Assembly (NCBI GenBank): GCA_963827685.1
Contig: CAWHBU010000002.1
Span: forward strand, 672,001 to 736,000
Source of the DNA: an uncultured delta proteobacterium
GTDB taxonomy: Bacteria; Desulfobacterota; BSN033; UBA1163
DNA length: 64,000 bases
Direction of reading: 5' to 3'
Part shown: piece after piece, positions 57,717-64,000 of the stretch
Numbering within the stretch: position 1 is the first letter of the stretch
Layout of the letters: each line of letters opens with the position of its first letter
Program-made: the position numbers and the translations under genes
Notes under the pieces: generated by a model
Told to the model about the DNA's origin: nothing
Database searches by the model: none
What the model saw: the letters and a program-made list of their open reading frames with translations, nothing else

Positions 57717-59890
57717 CGTTTTTCAAAGATACTGGAAATATTCTGACTATTTTCTAAATCTCTCTTTCGTCTTTTGAAATGATCCTGATTGACCGGCAAA
57801 TTGATAAAAAAGGAAGATCCCTCGTCCAGCTGACTCTCCACAACAATATAGCCTCTATGGTCCTGAATGATCTGATGCGAGATGGATAGCCCTAATCCGC
57901 TTCCTGCGCTTTTCGTGGTGAAGAAGGGATTGAAGATGTCTTCTAAATGCTCCCCTGGGATGCCACAACCTGTGTCGGCAAACTCAATCTGGACATAAGG
58001 TTCTCCCGCTGGTTTTGTAAAGGATCGGGTTTTAACTGTAATGGTTCCATTCTCGTGGGTGGCCTGAATTGCATTTAACAAGATGTTCAAGAAAACTTGT
58101 TTAATCTGTTCCCGGTCAATCTGGACACGAGGTAAATCGGAGGCATAATTCTTAATAACGTTAATTTGTTTCTTCTTTGCTTCTGTCGAAACTAAGAGGA
58201 TCATTCCATCTAAAATCGTGTTGATCTCCTCCAACTCCAACTTTGGATCGGAAGGTCTAGCAAAATCGAGAAGCTCGTTGACCAACGAAGAAATCCGATC
58301 TACTTCGCCGGAGGCAATCTTCAGGAATTGGTCTCGGAATTCTTCGTCGTCAAGCCGGTCTGGAAGTAATTGTGTTAATGTCTTAATGGCGACAAGGGGA
58401 TTACGAATTTCATGGGCCAGCCCAGCAGTAAGGGTCCCCAGAGAAGCAAGACGGTCTGCCCTTCGAATATAGGATTTTGATCTCTTCAAATCTTCATAAA
58501 GCCTTGCATTCTCAATAGCGATCGCTGTTTGGTTCGCCAGGGTGTTGAGTAATTCAATATCTTCATCGGAATAAATATCCTTATTAAACTTATGGCTTAA
58601 ATTAATCATCCCGATAAGCTGTCCCTTCCAAATGAGGGGAATACTCACTTCTGCTTCTAATAAAGACATTTTCTTAATAAGATTATTTAATTCTGGGATA
58701 TTGGCTCCCTTGGCCATTTCTTCCCGAATAATAATCTCTCTTAGTTTTTGTAGATAGCGGGGTAGGGGATCGTCTTTAGGAAGTTGAGAGGTTGAAGCGG
58801 TTAGTTTAATATTCTTAGACTCAAATAGACTATACCCTCCCTTTTCCTCATTCACTAAAAAGAGCGAGGCTTTCTCAACTCCCATGGTCTGGGTGATTGT
58901 TTCAATAATGTTTTTGGAAAGAGATTGTAAATCGAGGATGGAAACCATGGCCTTGCTGAATTTTCCCAATGTTTCACGGTAGTCGTAACGACCTTTAAAC
59001 AAAAAGTGTTCTACTGCTTTTTCTGTTTGACCCTTTATCCTGTAAAATAAAATGGTGATCAAAAAGAGGAGTGCAACAATAATAGCCGAAAATAGATAAC
59101 TGATCTTATTGAAAAAGACCTTTTGACTCAGAAGGATGAAAACAAATGACGGGACAAACAGAAGTGCCAATAGAAGAACATAAGTTGTCCCTTTCTTTAA
59201 AACAATATTAATGTCCATCAACCGATGTCTGATAATTGCGTAGGTTATAAAACTAACCATAATTATTGTTGTTGCAGGTCCCAAATGACTGAGTCGTGAC
59301 GTTCCGAATAAGGGCAAAATTAAGTTTAACGTAACTGCCGGGATGGTCGTTATAAAAGTTCCCAGAAAACAATATTTAATTTGAATACGTTCTAATCCAA
59401 CCGAATTTGTGTAGGATTTAATTAGAAAAAATATCGCTCCAAACATACCCGCCAATAAATAAATTGAAAAAACTTTGTGGCCAATACCGTAAGTTGCTTT
59501 GAGCGTTTCCCAACGAACGGAGCGTACCATCAATCCAGTAAGAGAGGTTATTACAAATATAGAGGATACAGAAGCAATGATAACGATTGCCCAACGAGAG
59601 ACGTTACGTTTTTCTCTGGGGAAAATTAATGAAAAATAAAGGAAACTGGAAGGAATAATGCTTGCTGCCACAAAACTCATTCTTATCCATAACAACCTCC
59701 ACCATGCATCTTCAACCAAGTAAACCATTAAGATGCTAAACGCCCAGCCTGCCAGCGCCCACGTAAAAATAGAGAATGAAATGTTAACCCGGCGGTGAAG
59801 AGAATTTTTCGAATAAACCAATAAACCCAGTGCAGCATTCAGCAAAAAAGCACTTGATAAAGCGATGTTCGGGATATTTAACTGGTCCAT
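57713..59890 (-). CDS. Membrane (7TM-type) GAF sensor histidine kinase
   Basis: Multiple TMs, GAF (AIAIENARLY), AHEIRNPL, GSGLGL. Confidence 0.92.
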   Translation of the reverse strand: MDQLNIPNIALSSAFLLNAALGLLVYSKNSLHRRVNISFSIFTWALAGWAFSILMVYLVEDAWWRLLWIRMSFVAASIIPSSFLYFSLIFPREKRNVSRWAIVIIASVSSIFVITSLTGLMVRSVRWETLKATYGIGHKVFSIYLLAGMFGAIFFLIKSYTNSVGLERIQIKYCFLGTFITTIPAVTLNLILPLFGTSRLSHLGPATTIIMVSFITYAIIRHRLMDINIVLKKGTTYVLLLALLFVPSFVFILLSQKVFFNKISYLFSAIIVALLFLITILFYRIKGQTEKAVEHFLFKGRYDYRETLGKFSKAMVSILDLQSLSKNIIETITQTMGVEKASLFLVNEEKGGYSLFESKNIKLTASTSQLPKDDPLPRYLQKLREIIIREEMAKGANIPELNNLIKKMSLLEAEVSIPLIWKGQLIGMINLSHKFNKDIYSDEDIELLNTLANQTAIAIENARLYEDLKRSKSYIRRADRLASLGTLTAGLAHEIRNPLVAIKTLTQLLPDRLDDEEFRDQFLKIASGEVDRISSLVNELLDFARPSDPKLELEEINTILDGMILLVSTEAKKKQINVIKNYASDLPRVQIDREQIKQVFLNILLNAIQATHENGTITVKTRSFTKPAGEPYVQIEFADTGCGIPGEHLEDIFNPFFTTKSAGSGLGLSISHQIIQDHRGYIVVESQLDEGSSFFINLPVNQDHFKRRKRDLENSQNISSIFEKR

Positions 59891-59891
59891 T

Positions 59892-61175
59892 TCATGATAC
59901 CAATTTCTCAGCTGGAATTTTCTTTAGGATTAGTGCCGTAAGCCTGCCACCAAATCCGTGCGCGTTAACAAGAACATTTTGAACCTGCTTCTTCAAAAAA
60001 TGATCCGGGACGTAATTAAGATCACACTCCGGAGAGGGGTTTCTAATATTTATCGTCGGAGGAATTATACCGTGGTTTATACTTAAGAGCGAGGAAATGA
60101 TTTGGAAAAGGCCAGTGGTTGAGAGAGAGTGACCTGTGTTAGGTTTCAAGGATGTCATTGGAATATTGTATGCCAATTCACCAAACACTTCTTTGATTGC
60201 TTTAGTTTCGCCGATATCATAAGATAGTAAGCCGTTTCCATGAGCGTTAATATAATCAATTTCTTCAGCACGCATATTGGCTTTTTTTAAGACTTGGCTG
60301 AAATTTAAACTCATCGTCTCATTATTCGTGTCCACTCCAAAAAGATTGAAGGCTTCGTTTAATGCAGAATAACTTGCTATTTCGCCGTAGATTCTTGCTC
60401 GTCTTTTCAAGGCATGTTGGAATTCTTCTACCAATAAACAACCCCCTCCCTCTCCCAAAACCATTCCATCCGCATTGATATCATAGGGTTTCAGCGCTTT
60501 CCAGGGCTCCTTATTTTCCCGCGAGAGAAACCCAGTGGCACTAAATAAAGCCTGAATGTAAGGTGTGATTGGAGATTCGCCTGCGCCAACGACGACTGCA
60601 TCCGCATCCCCAAGGCGAATCGCATTAGTCGCCAAATAAGCAGCATCCAGTCCCGAATTGCAACCGGCCGAAATCGTGGTGTTTGGACCTTTTAAATTGT
60701 ATTCGCAACTAATAATCCCACTTGCGGAATGTGTTGAAATGGCGACAACCGCATACGGATTGATTCTTTTCACACCTTTCTCCAGGAAAATGTTATGCTG
60801 AATTTCAATGACATCCCCGCCACCTATGGCCGTTCCAACAAAAACTCCCATCTTATAAGGATCTTCCTTGCAGAAATCTATTCCTGAATCCTCGACCGCC
60901 ATTCGTGAGGCTGCAAATGCGAATTGAGCAAATCTACTCAACCTCTTCGCAGTCTTATGATCCATGAAATCGGTGGGGTCGAAATCTGGTACCTCAGCAG
61001 CCACCTGACAGGGGTAAGATGAAGCATCGAAATGGGTTATTCTTCTAACGCCTGATCGGCCATGCACCAATGAATCCCAAAAGTTATCTATTCCAATACC
61101 ATTAGGAGCAACAACACCCATTCCTGTTATCACGACTCTTCTACCATCAACCAATTTCTTCCCCTCTTGGCTCAA
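59892..61175 (-). CDS. FabF-like beta-ketoacyl synthase
   Basis: RRVVITGMG, AGCNSG, LGEG, NAHGNG, NTGHS, HGFGG. Confidence 0.9.
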   Translation of the reverse strand: MSQEGKKLVDGRRVVITGMGVVAPNGIGIDNFWDSLVHGRSGVRRITHFDASSYPCQVAAEVPDFDPTDFMDHKTAKRLSRFAQFAFAASRMAVEDSGIDFCKEDPYKMGVFVGTAIGGGDVIEIQHNIFLEKGVKRINPYAVVAISTHSASGIISCEYNLKGPNTTISAGCNSGLDAAYLATNAIRLGDADAVVVGAGESPITPYIQALFSATGFLSRENKEPWKALKPYDINADGMVLGEGGGCLLVEEFQHALKRRARIYGEIASYSALNEAFNLFGVDTNNETMSLNFSQVLKKANMRAEEIDYINAHGNGLLSYDIGETKAIKEVFGELAYNIPMTSLKPNTGHSLSTTGLFQIISSLLSINHGIIPPTINIRNPSPECDLNYVPDHFLKKQVQNVLVNAHGFGGRLTALILKKIPAEKLVS

Positions 61176-61476
61176 GGAAATGATGCGTAAATGACAATGG
61201 TATTATTATAGACATTTTTGTAATTTGTCAACAATTTTGTACAGAATTTTAGGGTAGCTCCTTTGAAGCTAAAAAGTGAACAAAGTTATAAATCTCTTTC
61301 CTTAGTATCGGTTAGCTCTTCTTCCTTCCCTCCAATCGTTATTACGGTTCCAAAAAGCTTCGGTAAAAGGGGACGGAAAATTGATAAACGATTAAATTTG
61401 TGTTAAATTGTACTCACATGCAAGGTGCCCGCTTACGTATCTCTTCATGACATTCGAAGATATTTGAGGCCGATTA

Positions 61477-62892
61477 ATGACAAAGAAGTTTATTGTTCTC
61501 ATTCTTTCGGTCGTTCTCTTATTAGTGGTCCTCGTTCTAATTCGGTGGAGATTAGAGCCTGATATCAACCAGGAACGTTTCAAACCTTTTACACCCAAGG
61601 ACGTTGTTCGCCTTCCCCCCTTCAAACGGTTCATGGTGAACGCGATGCTGCATGCTGTTCGCTTCTCCGGTCGCTGGGACTATCCTCGTGTGACCGACGG
61701 CGACTTTCCAAACATGACCTTCGTGGATAAACTGTATTGGTTCTATAAAAGCCAATATCCGGTTTGCAGGGGAGAGCGGGGTAGAGACCTGGAGGAATTC
61801 TTTGCCCAAAATCGGCGCAGGAAAATCTCGCCTCCGTCAGGTTTTATCCCCCAACAGAGCATCACTCTGAGTGCAGTCGGCGACCTCATGCAGCACGATG
61901 CGCTCGCGGGGCAACACTATTCACCCTATCAAACCATTGCCGATATGGTTTTTTCCGCTGACGTATCTTTTGCGAATCTGGAATCGCCTCTGACTGGTCA
62001 AGATTTAAAGAACCTGTCCGTTCGAGAAGACGAATCGCCGGCGTTGTGCATGTCTCGTTCCCAGTTCGAACGACTCAAAGGAGACGGGTCTCGTCATTTC
62101 ACGGTAATGGCCACTGCATGCAACCACTCTCTGGATTTCGGCGAAGAAGGCGTTTTGACCACGAGATCCTCTCTCACAAAAGCGGGGATCCGCCCCGTAG
62201 GGACCAACGAAGGCGTAGAGGGAGAGGGGCGAGGAGAAATTATCGAGACAAAGAGTGTACGCATCGGATTCATCGCAGCCACCTTCGGCCTCAACGGCAA
62301 ACCTCTACCGGAGAACAAAGAGTATCTGGTCAACCGGATTGCGCTCAATCAGGTTTCAGGAGCGGCAGATCTCAGTCTGCTTGAGACCCAAATTGCCTGG
62401 TGTCGCCGCCTGCACTGCGATTTCATTGTGGCCTCCCTGCACTGGGGCCTTGAGTACGAGTTTTTTCCCACCTCGCAGCAGATTACGCTCGCCCACCGGA
62501 TTATTGAACTTGGTACGGACCTCATTCTAGGCCACCATCCTCATGTTATTCAACCCATTGAATACTACACGCCGAAGCGAGATCCGTACAGGATCGCACC
62601 AATCTATTATTCTCTCGGGAACCTCAGCAATCCCTTTGAAACGCCATTCATGACCCTTTCTCTGTTGTCCTTGATTGAGCTGGCAAAAGGAGCGTTTAAT
62701 GGAAAGAGTGTCACTTACATCCAGAAGGTTACCAACATCCCAATCATTCAGGAACTGCATACCGGTGAGTTATCGGGTATTGAATTCCGGCCATTGTTAG
62801 ATTCTCTTAATGATCCGACGGCAACACCATACAGGAGGAAGTTTACCCATCAGGCGAAGACCTACGCGGATCTTGTTCTGGGTAAAGACTAG
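61477..62892 (+). CDS. CapA/PGA_cap family metallophosphoesterase
   Basis: AVGD, ANLE, CNHSLDFG, HWG.E, GHHPHV, YSLGN. Confidence 0.88.
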   Translation: MTKKFIVLILSVVLLLVVLVLIRWRLEPDINQERFKPFTPKDVVRLPPFKRFMVNAMLHAVRFSGRWDYPRVTDGDFPNMTFVDKLYWFYKSQYPVCRGERGRDLEEFFAQNRRRKISPPSGFIPQQSITLSAVGDLMQHDALAGQHYSPYQTIADMVFSADVSFANLESPLTGQDLKNLSVREDESPALCMSRSQFERLKGDGSRHFTVMATACNHSLDFGEEGVLTTRSSLTKAGIRPVGTNEGVEGEGRGEIIETKSVRIGFIAATFGLNGKPLPENKEYLVNRIALNQVSGAADLSLLETQIAWCRRLHCDFIVASLHWGLEYEFFPTSQQITLAHRIIELGTDLILGHHPHVIQPIEYYTPKRDPYRIAPIYYSLGNLSNPFETPFMTLSLLSLIELAKGAFNGKSVTYIQKVTNIPIIQELHTGELSGIEFRPLLDSLNDPTATPYRRKFTHQAKTYADLVLGKD

Positions 62893-63417
62893 CGGACAGA
62901 AGGCAGGAGCTAATGACTTGGAGCAAGAGTCTGCTGAAATATTATGGGGACGATTCTCATTTTCATTTTAAATAACCAATCCTTACAAAATATTTTTTGG
63001 TCTACCCCTCTTTAACCTTCGAGCGTCTGTCGACCTTTTCAGAATATTCCTTATTGTTAGAAAATCTTCCCCTGATGTAGGCTTTGCAGGAATTAGTAAA
63101 CCGGCAAGACATAATTGCCGTCGAAATAATATGCACGCGTGCCTGTATAGACAGCAAACAAGTCGGGGATGAATGTTTCTTGCTGGCCGATGAATCAATC
63201 TCAGATCAATTTTGTAATAATGCAATGCATTTTACGTCACGGATGTATTAGGGGATTGGTCGTTTAACTTCAATTACTTTCTTGTCTATTGTACTCTTTG
63301 TCCATTCATTGATAAGAGATGGAATTTTCCATTAATCATAAGGGGTTACAAAACACCTTGAATGGATTAAGAATATATGCTAATTTTAGTTAATTGGTTA
63401 ATTTTGAGGAGAATAGT

Positions 63418-63657
63418 ATGCACATCGATGAAGACAAAAAATTTGATAAAAGAAACATTGTCATGAATATCAAGAACGGGATAGTTACCCAAAAGGATTA
63501 CGAAATCTTCCTATCAAAGTTGCCGGATGCAAGTGACAAACTATTTAATCCCGAAGAAACCTCGACTGATGAAAGCGAAATCGAATCAAAAAGAGAGAGT
63601 GAAATATCTTTTAAAAAAAGGGGGATAAAAAAGAAGGTAAAAGGAAAAGGGAAGTAA
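63418..63657 (+). CDS. Small hypothetical protein
   Basis: RBS GAGGAG; FDKR...DY..FL.KLPD. Confidence 0.7.
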   Translation: MHIDEDKKFDKRNIVMNIKNGIVTQKDYEIFLSKLPDASDKLFNPEETSTDESEIESKRESEISFKKRGIKKKVKGKGK

Positions 63658-63715
63658 TTATCTGTGATTCAGACATTAGTCCATAGACCTCAGACATTAG
63701 ACCGAAGTGGAGGAA

Positions 63716-64000
63716 ATGGCCAGAGATTATACAAAGATAAAGGCATGGCAGTTAGCAGATGCATTGGCACTCTTGGTATATAAGGCCACGAAGGAATTTC
63801 CAAAGAGTGAGATTTGGGGGTTGACATCTCAGATGAGAAGAGCTGCTGTATCCGTGCCAGCAAATATAGTAGAGGGCTCAGCCAGGAAGAATAGGAATGA
63901 ATACTTACAATTTTTATATATCGCTATTTCATCGTTAGCAGAATTGAATTACTACATCCGGTTTACAAACGAATTGGGATATTTAGACACCAATAGATAT
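63716..64000 (+). CDS. Four-helix-bundle protein (23S IVP family), runs off the window
   Basis: AWQLA..FPKSEIWGLTSQMRRAAVSVPANIVEG; preceded by heptamer repeats at 63670-63704. Confidence 0.9.
   Translation, partial: MARDYTKIKAWQLADALALLVYKATKEFPKSEIWGLTSQMRRAAVSVPANIVEGSARKNRNEYLQFLYIAISSLAELNYYIRFTNELGYLDTNRY

Noticed and set aside
625-62760. Numerous short antisense or overlapping ORFs in the track
   Set aside because: Shadow frames of well-supported genes
63716-64000. Diversity-generating retroelement (Avd-like)
   Set aside because: No reverse transcriptase or TR/VR pair in the window; stand-alone four-helix-bundle genes are common

Overview
Probable deltaproteobacterial (Desulfobacterota-like) chromosome segment; the taxonomy is inferred from gene content only. 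1-12013: type II secretion operon (gspE partial, F,G,H,I,J,K,L,M, two tandem GspC-like paralogues, secretin D). 12579-12652: tRNA-Arg(CCT). Its 3' part is repeated at 43732-43781, delimiting a ~31 kb integrated island. The island's right end is a phage-satellite-like core (integrase, xis-like, primase remnant, AEP-type Rep, RHH, terminase small subunit, no virion genes). Its left end is an array of defence-like genes, two of which look like integron cassettes (attC sites behind a duplicated promoter/attI-like unit) with no IntI in the window. The island middle carries a c-di-GMP signalling block, a two-tyrosine-recombinase element with terminal inverted repeats and a 7-bp flanking repeat, and an IS256 in a decayed Fe-S gene. 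It also carries the best finding: a MerB (organomercurial lyase)-like gene that the ORF track splits at two in-frame TGA codons. Both TGAs sit at the catalytic Cys positions and each is followed by a SECIS-like hairpin, so it is a candidate double selenoprotein. 43803-64000: housekeeping genes (cinA, Nudix, aminotransferase, ArsA-family ATPase, 2-oxoacid:ferredoxin oxidoreductase, ACT, ccsA/ccsB), a ketosynthase/7TM-kinase/sigma54 signalling cluster, a CapA-family gene and a four-helix-bundle gene. All family calls come from motif recognition by eye; no database search was run.
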